Notes: generated from the letters alone by a model not told the origin. Positions 1 through 9,457 are shown, counted from the stretch's first letter. The stretch: DNA of 64,000 nt from Alphaproteobacteria bacterium (GCA_017535105.1 JAFXUI010000002.1:45270-109269), one strand, 5' to 3'. Program-made: numbers and translations.

Positions 1-143
1 CACACGGAAACAGTGATGCACTGGCATTTGCAAATGCAATTAAATATGCCGCTGATTTTACACATTCTGATTTGAACGGTTTGATTAAAAAACGCGCCGA
101 AGATGTCGCCGATATCCGCGCACAATTACAAAACGAAGAATAA
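1..143 (+). CDS. 3' end of an unidentified CDS (window-truncated), C-terminus ...AIKYAADFTHSDLNGLIKKRAEDVADIRAQLQNEE
   Basis: Open frame 3 from the window edge to TAA at 141-143; codon usage looks protein-like; no family recognised. Confidence 0.35.
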   Translation, partial: HGNSDALAFANAIKYAADFTHSDLNGLIKKRAEDVADIRAQLQNEE

Positions 144-454
144 AATAAATTTTGTTGTTAAAAAACCGGCGTCTGCCGGTATTTGTACTTATTGTTTATA
201 GACAATATTTTTGTTTGTAAAAAATATAGGCTTGTGATATAATGCCTGTGTTACCGAGGGTTTCGGTAATGGGCTTGATAACCCTTTAGCAAACGTTGCG
301 AAAGTTGCAATGAAAAATGCCCAACAGGATGGTTGGGGTGTGCTGAATATATTGAATAAAGCACGCAATTTTTGCTAATTGTTATCAAACTCCAACCGAT
401 CAAAATATTTTGTGCGGTTTTTTGTTAAATGTTTTTATAATAAAGGAGACTTTT

Positions 455-1051
455 ATGGCTGGCTTTTTTGATAATATCAAAAATAAAATACAGGAATGGA
501 AACACAATGCCAAAGGCGCAAATAATGTACCAGAACAGCAACCAAGTGAAGAAGACTTGATTGCAGATGCAGAAATAAATCGCAGAATTGAAAAACAGCA
601 AACAAAAGAAGATCAACTTAATATTTTGGCGTATATGAGTGATTATGTAGGTGAAGCAACGTCTGGTGGTAAAAAGTGGTTTTATATCTGTCTTAATAAA
701 GATTATCGTGAAGAAGAAGAGTATGCAGATTTGGCAAAATGGATTTGTTCTAATATTGGTTTGCCAATGAAAAAGCATCTTAGTCATCTTGATGGTACGG
801 AACAGTTTGTTTTACGTATGCCAATCGAAGAACAAGCAAAACATAGAGGCGTTTTGATGGATTTTCTTGAACGTAGAAATATAATAAGAGGTTTTCAGTT
901 CGGAAGCGTCAAAAAACATCTTGGGAATGGCAAAATGGTTGATATTAAATTCCCACGTCAATCATATGATCGTGCGGTTGCAAAATTGAAATTAAAAATG
1001 GATGCAGAAAAGACGCAAAAAGTTAAGAATCAACCAGATTTATCAAGATGA
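455..1051 (+). CDS. hypothetical cytoplasmic protein, first gene of a 3-gene operon
   Basis: ATG at 455 preceded by AAGGAG RBS; no signal peptide; stop overlaps the start of the next gene (ATGA). Confidence 0.6.
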   Translation: MAGFFDNIKNKIQEWKHNAKGANNVPEQQPSEEDLIADAEINRRIEKQQTKEDQLNILAYMSDYVGEATSGGKKWFYICLNKDYREEEEYADLAKWICSNIGLPMKKHLSHLDGTEQFVLRMPIEEQAKHRGVLMDFLERRNIIRGFQFGSVKKHLGNGKMVDIKFPRQSYDRAVAKLKLKMDAEKTQKVKNQPDLSR

Positions 1052-2001
1052 TAATGTCGAAAAGTCTTTTTGCGATAATATTGATTTGTTTTTCCATATC
1101 TGCCCATGCATCAGAATTATCCGATGCGATTACCGATGTGCGCAATGCATGCGTTGGTATATCAGATGAAATGAGTGATATGAAACAATTAGCAGGTATA
1201 AATACTGCGATAACTGGTGCTGGAACAGTTGCCGCTGGTGTTGCACTGGGAACAGGTATCGCCAAAGCAAAAGTTGATAAGAAAGCGGACGAATTGGAAG
1301 AATTAATTGCAGAATTGGACGCAAGTGGTGCAAAAGAAATCAAAACTAAAGAAGAATTATACGGTGTCTTGGCTGATTTGTTCACAGAAACTGGCACGCA
1401 TGAAGGTTTTGAATTAGCATCCAGTTTGCGTAAAAAACAACAAGAATTAACAGATAAATCGAAAAGGTTGGGAAATTGGCGTACTGGCACAATGGCTGGT
1501 GCGGCGGCTACAAATATTGCAGGTGCAATTGTTGCGGGGACAAACCATGTAAAGGGTGATTTGCAAATGCAAATAAAAGATTGTATTACAGCGACTAAAA
1601 CACTTGCTAATGTCTTTATGCAGGCGCGTATAAATGGTGATACAGATATAACAGAGCAGGCACAGGCAGAAAAAATAATATCATCGTGTTCAGAATGGGA
1701 AACAGTTGATTTGTCTAAAATAGATAATCGTGCACGTGGTGCAACCATATCCAGTACCATTGGTGCAACAACGGGTGTTGCGGGAACAATAGCGTCAGCA
1801 AAAGCAAATTCTGATAAGATACGAGAAGATAATAGCATAGAAGGTAAAGAGAAAGAGAAAAAACTAAACACTGCATCAAATATATTTGCGGGAACAACGA
1901 CCGTTGCATCAGGTACGGCGATGGTATTTAACGCTACACAAATAGGGGCGATTAAACGAGCAGTAAGCGTTGCCGATGCGTGCGAGGGGGCGCTTAAATA
2001 A
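1048..2001 (+). CDS. secreted Ala/Gly/Thr-rich protein with four glycine-zipper-like hydrophobic segments
   Basis: N-terminal signal peptide (MIMSKSLFAIILICFSISAHA); repeated GxxxG/A-rich stretches separated by charged helical linkers; translationally coupled to neighbouring genes. Confidence 0.6.
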   Translation: MIMSKSLFAIILICFSISAHASELSDAITDVRNACVGISDEMSDMKQLAGINTAITGAGTVAAGVALGTGIAKAKVDKKADELEELIAELDASGAKEIKTKEELYGVLADLFTETGTHEGFELASSLRKKQQELTDKSKRLGNWRTGTMAGAAATNIAGAIVAGTNHVKGDLQMQIKDCITATKTLANVFMQARINGDTDITEQAQAEKIISSCSEWETVDLSKIDNRARGATISSTIGATTGVAGTIASAKANSDKIREDNSIEGKEKEKKLNTASNIFAGTTTVASGTAMVFNATQIGAIKRAVSVADACEGALK

Positions 2002-2002
2002 A

Positions 2003-3178
2003 ATGAAAAAATTTATGTTTTTATTTTTGTCGTTGACCTGTTTTTGTTTGTCTTGTCGAGCAGAAGTTTTGGGCCCTGTTGTTGTGGGTGCCGCAGTACG
2101 TAAGTTAGAAGATAAAGCTGTTGCTCGCAAAAAGACGATAGTTGATGATTTGATGGTATTACAAGTCGGCGATCAAATTTTTTATGTGAAAGATTTAGAC
2201 TTACTTGAAGATTTAGTTTCATCTGGTCAAGATATGTGTTTTGAATACGGAAATGATTTAGTCGGCGAAATAAATAATTTATACCATGTGCTGTATGATG
2301 CCTGTGTCGCTGGTAGGGCAAGATTACGAGAACAGATTAATACTAGTGCAGATGTGTCGAATATTAAAAAGGGAACGTTTACCGCTTTGCAGGCAATCAG
2401 AAGATTACAATCAAGCGAGAAATTACACAATATAACAAATCAAGAATATGATTATAAATCTATGTTGGTTAATTGCTTGTTGGACAAAGAGTTGTTAACC
2501 AGGGCATTACAGAAAACAAATCAAGATGTATATGATTATCGCTTGGGTTATGATATGGACAGTTGTATTAAATCTGTCACAGTAAATAAAAATGCTATGT
2601 GCAGTCGGTCTGATCTTTTTGTTCCAGATAGCAGTTGTTTGGATAATATGAATGACCTGGACATAAAATATGCTGGTAAAACTTTTCAGTTTACAGAGGG
2701 TTTACAATCAAATAACACATCAAATAAAGTTTTAATTTTCAATGGCAAAGTACTAGTTGCCTGTGAAAATGGTTTGGCACAATATGTTATCAAACCAAGT
2801 TTTTCAGGGCGTTCATATTGTCAAGATGGTGCATATCAATACGTAGGTGGTGTTGGACATTTACCAAATGGTGTGTATTTAGCGTTGGTAAATCACAAAG
2901 AAGCAATGCAAGGTGAGCAACAAAATGCTTGGGGAAAACACAGAGTGCCATTAGTTCCATCTGTATCCAACAAGTCAGTTGGCAGGTCTGGTTTTTATTT
3001 GCACGGCACAGAGATAAAAGATAAAAGACGAAGTGGTGGCTGTATCAGTCTGGGGGTGGCAGTTGATGAACTTGTAGAAACAGATTGGTTCGGTGCCGAA
3101 GAATATATACCTGTGGTTGTGGATGCAGTTGACAGTATATCCCAGGAAGACAGAGACAAGTGCGAATATAATCAATAA
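2003..3178 (+). CDS. secreted protein with C-terminal L,D-transpeptidase (YkuD) catalytic domain
   Basis: Signal peptide; C-terminal motif FYLHGT...SGGCISL matches the YkuD His/Cys catalytic signature; ATG 2 nt after the upstream stop. Confidence 0.7.
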   Translation: MKKFMFLFLSLTCFCLSCRAEVLGPVVVGAAVRKLEDKAVARKKTIVDDLMVLQVGDQIFYVKDLDLLEDLVSSGQDMCFEYGNDLVGEINNLYHVLYDACVAGRARLREQINTSADVSNIKKGTFTALQAIRRLQSSEKLHNITNQEYDYKSMLVNCLLDKELLTRALQKTNQDVYDYRLGYDMDSCIKSVTVNKNAMCSRSDLFVPDSSCLDNMNDLDIKYAGKTFQFTEGLQSNNTSNKVLIFNGKVLVACENGLAQYVIKPSFSGRSYCQDGAYQYVGGVGHLPNGVYLALVNHKEAMQGEQQNAWGKHRVPLVPSVSNKSVGRSGFYLHGTEIKDKRRSGGCISLGVAVDELVETDWFGAEEYIPVVVDAVDSISQEDRDKCEYNQ

Positions 3179-3182
3179 AAAA

Positions 3183-3206
3183 CCGGCATTTGCCGGCTTT
3201 TTTATT
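3183..3206. terminator. bidirectional rho-independent terminator (ccggcatttgccgg hairpin flanked by A/T runs)
   Basis: GC hairpin plus T-tract after the LDT-domain gene and, on the other strand, after the HU gene. Confidence 0.6.
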
Positions 3207-3492
3207 TTCCATTTGCAACACGTTTGCGGAATTCTGCGCTGGGGCGGAAAGTTGCCACGTTACGTGCAGATATAACCGCCGGTGCACCAGTTTTTGGATT
3301 GCGACCCATACGTGCCGATTTGGTCAAAATCTTGAATGTACCAAATCCAGCAAATTTAACTTCTTCGCCATTTATCAACGCTTCACGTATTTCGTCAAAC
3401 ACAACATCAACCAATTTCGCCGCATCCGTTGTTGTCAGACCAAAACGTTCACGCAATCTGTTTGCAAAATCTGTTCTTGTAATTGTTGCCAT
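3202..3492 (-). CDS. hup: HU/IHF-family nucleoid-associated DNA-binding protein (96 aa)
   Basis: MATITRTDFANRL...KFAGFGTF...GRNPKTG...FRPSAEF matches the HU/IHF beta-arm consensus; GAGGAAGAA RBS before the ATG at 3492; the ORF-track N-terminal extension has no RBS. Confidence 0.85.
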   Translation of the reverse strand: MATITRTDFANRLRERFGLTTTDAAKLVDVVFDEIREALINGEEVKFAGFGTFKILTKSARMGRNPKTGAPAVISARNVATFRPSAEFRKRVANGK

Positions 3493-3588
3493 TTCTTCCT
3501 CTATATTTTTATAACTTTGTGCCGTTATTATACCCTTTACTATAATGACTTGCAATATTAAAATCGAAGAATAAAATATATTTCGTTC

Positions 3589-3664
3589 GTCCCCATAGTT
3601 CAACTGGATAGAACAGGGGTTTCCTAAACCCCGGATGTGAGTTCGATTCTCGCTGGGGATACCA
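3589..3664 (+). tRNA. tRNA-Arg (anticodon CCU)
   Basis: 76-nt cloverleaf with acceptor GTCCCCA/TGGGGAT, anticodon loop TTCCTAA, T-loop TTCGATTCT, encoded CCA. Confidence 0.85.
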
Positions 3665-3683
3665 AGAAAAAAAAGGTGTAAAG

Positions 3684-4013
3684 ATGTCCAAGAAAGCAAT
3701 TAGTATCGGAATTATAGCGTCTATTTTGCCACACATGTTTTGTTGTGTGTTGCCAATCGTGCTGTCGGTTGTGGGGTTGTTTGCACCCGAATTTGCACAT
3801 TCACACTTTATGCCAGAATGGTTGGAACCATGGATTTTCGCGTTTTCGGCGGTAATGCTGGGTATTTCGTGGTTCTTGGTCGTGCGTGAATGTCATTGTG
3901 AATGCGACCATTGTCATGGCGACCATTCGCATCATACATCAAAGATTATTTTGGCGGTAATAACGATTTTGTTCGTGATCAGCACAATTTTGCACGTCAT
4001 CGCACATCACTAA
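3684..4013 (+). CDS. small 3-TM metal-binding membrane protein, MerT-like (Cys pair in TM1, CHCECDHCHGDHSHH loop)
   Basis: Three hydrophobic helices; vicinal CC in helix 1 and a Cys/His-rich cytoplasmic loop resemble MerT-family heavy-metal transporters; no merP/merA nearby. Confidence 0.45.
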   Translation: MSKKAISIGIIASILPHMFCCVLPIVLSVVGLFAPEFAHSHFMPEWLEPWIFAFSAVMLGISWFLVVRECHCECDHCHGDHSHHTSKIILAVITILFVISTILHVIAHH

Positions 4014-5638
4014 ACATATTTTTCGGGCATCAATTTACAAATGTTTTTCCATATTCTGCGGAATATGGTTGTGTCGGGACTGTGGTAATATTCATGTGGT
4101 TTGGAATCCAATTCGCGTTGCCCCGACCATTTAACAAAATTGCCGTCCAGTGTCACGTGCCACGATGTCTTTGTGTCGTCAATAATCATATTGCGTAATT
4201 TTTCCGCGAACTCGGGGCTTTCAAATATCGCAACGTTTTCGGTGTTGAAATATGCGCTGCGCGGGTCCAGATTAAAACTGCCAATCCATGATATTTTGTC
4301 ATCAAACACAATCGATTTGCTGTGCAGAACCGAAAAGCCACGTGCCTGGCGCGCGCGACCGTGCTTTTTTGCGCGCAGATTTTCCGCCGACAACATAAAT
4401 TCATAGATGTCTGCGCCCGATTTAATAAGGTTCTTGCGGTATTTTTCCCATTTGGCATAAACCGATGCTGAATTTGTCGAAGATAATGAATTCGTGACGA
4501 TTGTTACGTGTACACCGGAATTTTCTTCGCGCCGAATATGTTCCAACCCGCCCATGCCGGGAACAAAATATGCCGCCGATACATATACAGAATTGCGAGT
4601 TGTTGACCATAATTCTTGTAATTTTTTAATAATCTCGCCACGGTATGCCTCTTTTTCAGACATTGTCATTTCAACCTTGGACGGTGGGTCGGCAATAAAT
4701 GTACCGTGACCCCAACTGAACCCAAATCGTTTTTGTCTGAATTCGCGCTGGGCAAGAGATATCGCAACGTTATATGAACGGGCGTCTTCGGCACTGCGTG
4801 TTTGTATTTGGTTGAACTTGCGTTCCAATTTCCGCATAGCACGTTTTGATTTTGCCTTTGGAAACACCGATGCCGGAATTGATAATTTGTGATTCCAATA
4901 TTCATCAAAAGATTTTGTCGCGTATTTTGTCATCGCGCCGATAAACATAACATCAGTGTCGGAAAAGTTCGCCGATGTTTCAGGATAAAAATAATTACTG
5001 CCAATATTTCGGCCACCGGTAATAAACGCGACATTATCAACAATGAACAGTTTGTTGTGCATACGCGAATTCAGGCGGTTAAAGTCCATAAATAACTGTG
5101 GTAAAAATAACATTTTGGCACGGTTGCGCACGGTGTTGAAAACTTTAACCTCTATATTCGGGTGCTGGTTCAGCAGCATAACGTCCGCCACATCAGATTT
5201 CGTGCCATAATCGTCAAGCAAGATGCGAACCTTGACCCCGCGGTCCGCGGCATTACGCAGTTCGCCAATTAAAACCTTGGACGTTAAATCGTTGCTATAA
5301 ATATAGGTTTGTAAATCAATCGTCTTGGTTGCCATACGCGCAAATGCCGCGCGTAATAAAAACGCAGATGTGCCATCGTCAATCAACGTCGCACCACTGG
5401 TGTCGGTACCGGACTTTAATTCATCGGTATAGCACCGAGCAATAGGGGTGTCCATCGGGTCATAGTCAAAATCTTCGGGCTTTATTTTCGGTGTATAGTT
5501 ATTTAACCGGTTGTCGTGGGCGTTTGTTGGCACGGTCGTACACCCAACCAATGGCAACGCAAGCAAACACCACGAAAGTTTTGTTGATAACAGCACCGAT
5601 TTCACCCTTGCGGCACGATTATAACACCATTGATTCAT
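4010..5638 (-). CDS. phospholipase D / cardiolipin-synthase-family lipoprotein with two HKD motifs
   Basis: Lipobox LPLVGC near the N-terminus; HNKLFIVDN and LHSKSIVFDD HxK(x4)D motifs. Confidence 0.75.
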   Translation of the reverse strand: MNQWCYNRAARVKSVLLSTKLSWCLLALPLVGCTTVPTNAHDNRLNNYTPKIKPEDFDYDPMDTPIARCYTDELKSGTDTSGATLIDDGTSAFLLRAAFARMATKTIDLQTYIYSNDLTSKVLIGELRNAADRGVKVRILLDDYGTKSDVADVMLLNQHPNIEVKVFNTVRNRAKMLFLPQLFMDFNRLNSRMHNKLFIVDNVAFITGGRNIGSNYFYPETSANFSDTDVMFIGAMTKYATKSFDEYWNHKLSIPASVFPKAKSKRAMRKLERKFNQIQTRSAEDARSYNVAISLAQREFRQKRFGFSWGHGTFIADPPSKVEMTMSEKEAYRGEIIKKLQELWSTTRNSVYVSAAYFVPGMGGLEHIRREENSGVHVTIVTNSLSSTNSASVYAKWEKYRKNLIKSGADIYEFMLSAENLRAKKHGRARQARGFSVLHSKSIVFDDKISWIGSFNLDPRSAYFNTENVAIFESPEFAEKLRNMIIDDTKTSWHVTLDGNFVKWSGQRELDSKPHEYYHSPDTTIFRRIWKNICKLMPEKYV

Positions 5639-5778
5639 AAAACAAGGTTAAACAAATTGTTTTTTCAGGAATGATTTCAACTTGCATATCGCAAAGTTGT
5701 TTTTTGTGTTCATTTTTTTGTTTGCACAATATTGCCATATGTGATAAAATATAAGCATTAGAAGGGAAGGTTTACGCT

Positions 5779-8034
5779 ATGAAAAGACTTGTAATCGTAG
5801 TTGGTGGGTTGCTCGCATTGCCCGCATTTGCTGAAGTTGCGCCATTTTATTTCGATGACGCGATTGAATTCGCAGATGTGGAAATGATGGACGATGGTGT
5901 CGTTGTTGGTGACGAAATCGTTGCCGAAAATGATGCTGTTGTTTCACCAGTTGTGCAAATGCCTCGGGCAACAGCACGTGCGACAAATAATCGTGCGGCG
6001 GTGAATGGTGCGCGTACAGTTGCATCGCGTAACGCGGTTTCGCGTGGCGTTGTAGCAAACAATAGTCGCGGTACCGCGCGTTCGGTTGTTTCGCGTGCAT
6101 CGGGAAACACGAATACGGGTCGTGTTGCAACACGTCGTGGCGCGAATAACGGTGTGAATACCGCACGTGCAACAACGACACAATCTACATCGCAACGGGC
6201 GGGCTTGGTCACAACCGATACAACAAATAAATCATTGTATATCGGCAGAAGTGTCAGCGCGCGTGGTAATAGCGGTTCCAGTAATATGATGCGTTCGCCA
6301 TCAATAAGTGTTTCTTCTTCGTCCAGTGTAACAACAGCCAGCAGTGCAGCCGAAGCAACCGCTACAATGGATACTTTGGCGGAAATGACCGATTACTGCA
6401 AAGCACAATATATGGCATGTATGGATAATTTCTGTAACGTTTTGGACGATAACCAGGGTCGTTGCACATGTAGCAAGAATCTTAAAAATTATGAAAAGAC
6501 CGAAGCTGCATTAAAATCAGCAACCGAAGAATTACAAGAAGTTGCACAACGTATTCAATATATTGGTTTGACAGGCGAAGAAATTACAACCTTGTTCAGC
6601 CAGACCGAAGCAGAATTGGCAATGCAAAACAATACGGACAGCACAAAACTTAAAAACGATTTGGACCGTATTAAAAATATGATTGTTGATGTTAAGGGCG
6701 GTTCGGCCAGTGCAATTGGCGACAGTTCAGGTATCAGTTTAGATTTGTCGAATCTGTTGAGTTTCAATATCGACAGCACAGGGTTTGATTTGACATCGTT
6801 GTTTACAACGGGCGGATCAAGTAATACGGCGGCAATTACCAATCAGCGCGGTGAAGCGTTATACAAAACAGCGGCTGCGCGTTGTAAGGTTGCTGTGTTG
6901 AATAACTGTATTGCTCAGGGTGTTGATGCGGCAGTTATATCTAATTCATATGATATGGAAATCGACAAACAATGTATCGTTTATGAACGTTCCTTATCAG
7001 ATGCAAATTCACAAATGGTTGCAACCGTACGTAATGCCAAGACTGTTTTACAGAAAGCGCGTTTGATGGTTGCACAACAAAAGAATCAATATGACTTGCG
7101 TGGTTGTATCAGCGCATTGGATTCTTGTATGCAAGATGAATATGTTTGCGGTACAGACTATGAAGATTGTTTGGACCCAACGGGTAAATATATCGTAGAA
7201 GGCGAAGTTGTTGTTGGTTCAATGCCGGGTATGTCTGGTGGTAGTTGGGGTGATGACAACAGTGAATTAGCAGCGGATAAAGGTTTGTACAAAACATGGA
7301 ACACAAATTCCAAGAATATGTGGGCTCCGTCGCAAAGCAACGATTACACAATGTCTAAATACCTTGAAGAAACGGTAAAATTGGACAGTGCGAAAAAATC
7401 GTCTTCGGCTGAAATGTCCGCATATTTGCAAAACAAGATGGGTTATCATGATGACGCAACTGGACGTAACTATGGTATGTGCATATCAATCTTGAACAAA
7501 TGTCAGGATTACACATATGACAGAACAGGTAAATATATGCCAAGCAACAATGTTGTTAACGGTTGGTTGGAACGTGCCTTCCGTCAGATAAAGGTTGCCC
7601 AGGATAACGTTTTGGCGAATTACGCAGAAAGTTGTTTGTCTGACGTGACCGCGTGTTTAAGCCAGAACAACTATGCGTTTAATGCATCGACAAATTCAAA
7701 TCCATCAGATATGGCAATCAAGGCATGTTTGCCGGTTATCAACTCTTGCCGTTCGGTCACATTGGGCTTGGACGAAGGGGATGTGGACGTTACAACATCG
7801 CTTGATGCTATTTATGATTGGTTAGATGCTGGTATTTCAACAACATTCAGATCAGCGTGTGTAGCCAGTGGCGGTACTTGGACAAGTTCAACAGGTAAAT
7901 GTAGCTGTTCGGGCTTGCAAAACTCTTCGCCAGACACAGCTGAAAGAACATGTGTTTGCAACAGTGGTTATACACTTGATACATCGGGCTCAACGCCGGT
8001 ATGTAAATCAAACACCACAACGTCAAATCCATAA
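5779..8034 (+). CDS. large secreted protein: Arg/Asn/Thr-rich repetitive N-terminal half and Cys-rich C-terminal half
   Basis: Signal peptide MKRLVIVVGGLLALPAFA; GAAGGGAAGG RBS; low-complexity (A/N/R/T/V) repeats, then more than 30 cysteines in the C-terminal 450 aa. Confidence 0.6.
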   Translation: MKRLVIVVGGLLALPAFAEVAPFYFDDAIEFADVEMMDDGVVVGDEIVAENDAVVSPVVQMPRATARATNNRAAVNGARTVASRNAVSRGVVANNSRGTARSVVSRASGNTNTGRVATRRGANNGVNTARATTTQSTSQRAGLVTTDTTNKSLYIGRSVSARGNSGSSNMMRSPSISVSSSSSVTTASSAAEATATMDTLAEMTDYCKAQYMACMDNFCNVLDDNQGRCTCSKNLKNYEKTEAALKSATEELQEVAQRIQYIGLTGEEITTLFSQTEAELAMQNNTDSTKLKNDLDRIKNMIVDVKGGSASAIGDSSGISLDLSNLLSFNIDSTGFDLTSLFTTGGSSNTAAITNQRGEALYKTAAARCKVAVLNNCIAQGVDAAVISNSYDMEIDKQCIVYERSLSDANSQMVATVRNAKTVLQKARLMVAQQKNQYDLRGCISALDSCMQDEYVCGTDYEDCLDPTGKYIVEGEVVVGSMPGMSGGSWGDDNSELAADKGLYKTWNTNSKNMWAPSQSNDYTMSKYLEETVKLDSAKKSSSAEMSAYLQNKMGYHDDATGRNYGMCISILNKCQDYTYDRTGKYMPSNNVVNGWLERAFRQIKVAQDNVLANYAESCLSDVTACLSQNNYAFNASTNSNPSDMAIKACLPVINSCRSVTLGLDEGDVDVTTSLDAIYDWLDAGISTTFRSACVASGGTWTSSTGKCSCSGLQNSSPDTAERTCVCNSGYTLDTSGSTPVCKSNTTTSNP

Positions 8035-8057
8035 TGTGAACGTTGTTTAACAAATTA

Positions 8058-8087
8058 ACCGCCCGTTTGGGCGGTTTTTTTATTCGT
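8058..8087. terminator. rho-independent terminator (accgcccgtttgggcggt plus T7)
   Basis: Perfect GC hairpin followed by TTTTTTT, 24 nt after the stop at 8034. Confidence 0.65.
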
Positions 8088-8270
8088 AATTGTGTGGTGA
8101 ATAATAATATGTATGAATATGGCCAGAATATCACGGTCGTTTTGTTTCTATATAATAACAATGGGAAAATTGAACCGCCGGCAATTACTTGCCGGCGGCG
8201 CTCCCTTCCTTTCCGTAAACGGAAAACTTTTGCCCCCAGAAAACCAACGCACACGCGCAGGAATTCGGGA

Positions 8271-8609
8271 TTATGCAGCCTTTGCTACACCAGACGTGCT
8301 TGATACATCGCCCGCGTCCAGTAATTTCTTTGCTTCTGCAAAGACCATAGATTTTACACGTAATGCCAAATCTTTTGTTTCCAAAGTTTCGGCGGCTATA
8401 TCGAAGTTATCGGTACGAATTTGCAACGATATATACGCACCAACCAAAGATGGACGAGCCAAATCTTCGATTGAACGTGGGGAATTGTTTTTCCCGATGT
8501 GCAATTCGTCAGCCAGCGATATAATCTGGCGATCGTTATTTACCCAAACAGTTGTCGTCAAGACATTGTTCAGGGCAATCATTATGTCTTTGATGTTTTT
8601 TGTCGACAT
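8271..8609 (-). CDS. hypothetical 112-aa protein (MSTKNIKDIMIALNN...), possibly a small regulator
   Basis: ATG at 8609 with a GGAGG RBS 7 nt upstream; protein-like composition, unlike the overlapping plus-strand ORF 8113-8733. Confidence 0.5.
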   Translation of the reverse strand: MSTKNIKDIMIALNNVLTTTVWVNNDRQIISLADELHIGKNNSPRSIEDLARPSLVGAYISLQIRTDNFDIAAETLETKDLALRVKSMVFAEAKKLLDAGDVSSTSGVAKAA

Positions 8610-8981
8610 GTGCGTCCCTCCGTTTTGTTTTACAAGTAAAATTGATCGTCTTTTGTATTTACACGATGTATTTACAAAAATCGAAATCAACTTTTCCTGT
8701 CGTTTTTGTTTTTGGCAGAATTCCGGCTTTTAGGCGGTTTTCTGGGCTTTTTATAGATTCCTTCCTTGTCTATACATCAATCATAGAACAAAAACGAATC
8801 GCAGGTCAAGAGAAAAAATTAATTATTTTTATTTTATTTAAAAATATTTGTTTTTGACTTGCGTGACCATAAAATCCCATAAATTAATTATAATTTGTCA
8901 TTGACAACCAAATATTCGCGTGCTAAATTTTTTTCGAAGCACGATAAAGATGTCGGTGCAAAACCCAGAAAAGATTAGAAA

Positions 8982-9428
8982 ATGACATTGTTTCTCTCAT
9001 CTTATGAAAATCGTTTGGATAACAAAGGGCGTATTTCTGTGCCGGCATCTTTTCGCGCATCGCTTTCGTCTGATAAATTCGCAGGTGTTGTGTTATATCG
9101 TTCTTTTACAAATAATTGTATCGAAGGCATGTCAATGTCGCGAATGGAAGATTTATCGGCAGCAACCGACAAAATGGGTGTTTTTGATGGCACGTTGGAC
9201 GATTTGTCGGCAATGCTTTTTGCAGATGCGCGCCCATTGCCATTTGATGTGACGGGCCGCATTGTTATCCCCGCCGATTTATTGGCGCACGCCGGCATTA
9301 AAGATAGGGCAGTTTTTGTTGGTCGTGGTAACAGTTTTCAGATTTGGAACCCAGAGGCATTTCGTGAAATGCAAGCGGGTGCATTATCACGTCTGCGCAA
9401 AGCCCGCCCAGATTTTAAGATTTCATAA
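8982..9428 (+). CDS. mraZ: transcriptional regulator MraZ (not followed here by rsmH or other dcw genes)
   Basis: Two SpoVT/AbrB-like halves; N-terminal YENRLDNKGRISVP and DxxGR motifs characteristic of MraZ. Confidence 0.85.
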   Translation: MTLFLSSYENRLDNKGRISVPASFRASLSSDKFAGVVLYRSFTNNCIEGMSMSRMEDLSAATDKMGVFDGTLDDLSAMLFADARPLPFDVTGRIVIPADLLAHAGIKDRAVFVGRGNSFQIWNPEAFREMQAGALSRLRKARPDFKIS

Positions 9429-9432
9429 AAAA

Positions 9433-9457
9433 ACCGCCAAAAATGGCGGTTTTGTTT
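9433..9457. terminator. bidirectional terminator (ccgccaaaaatggcgg hairpin)
   Basis: Hairpin with flanking A6/T4 runs between convergent mraZ and the M13 peptidase gene. Confidence 0.6.

Noticed and set aside
3902-4198. 98-aa plus-strand ORF overlapping the PLD gene
   Set aside because: Antisense to the well-supported PLD-family CDS; no RBS and junk composition. I treated the many other sub-120-aa antisense ORFs inside large genes (e.g. within pepO, parC, priA, nrdD, gap) the same way.
8113-8733. 206-aa plus-strand ORF from the track
   Set aside because: It overlaps and is antisense to a better-supported minus-strand gene (GGAGG RBS, protein-like composition). Its own composition is hydrophobic and Cys/Phe-rich junk with no RBS.
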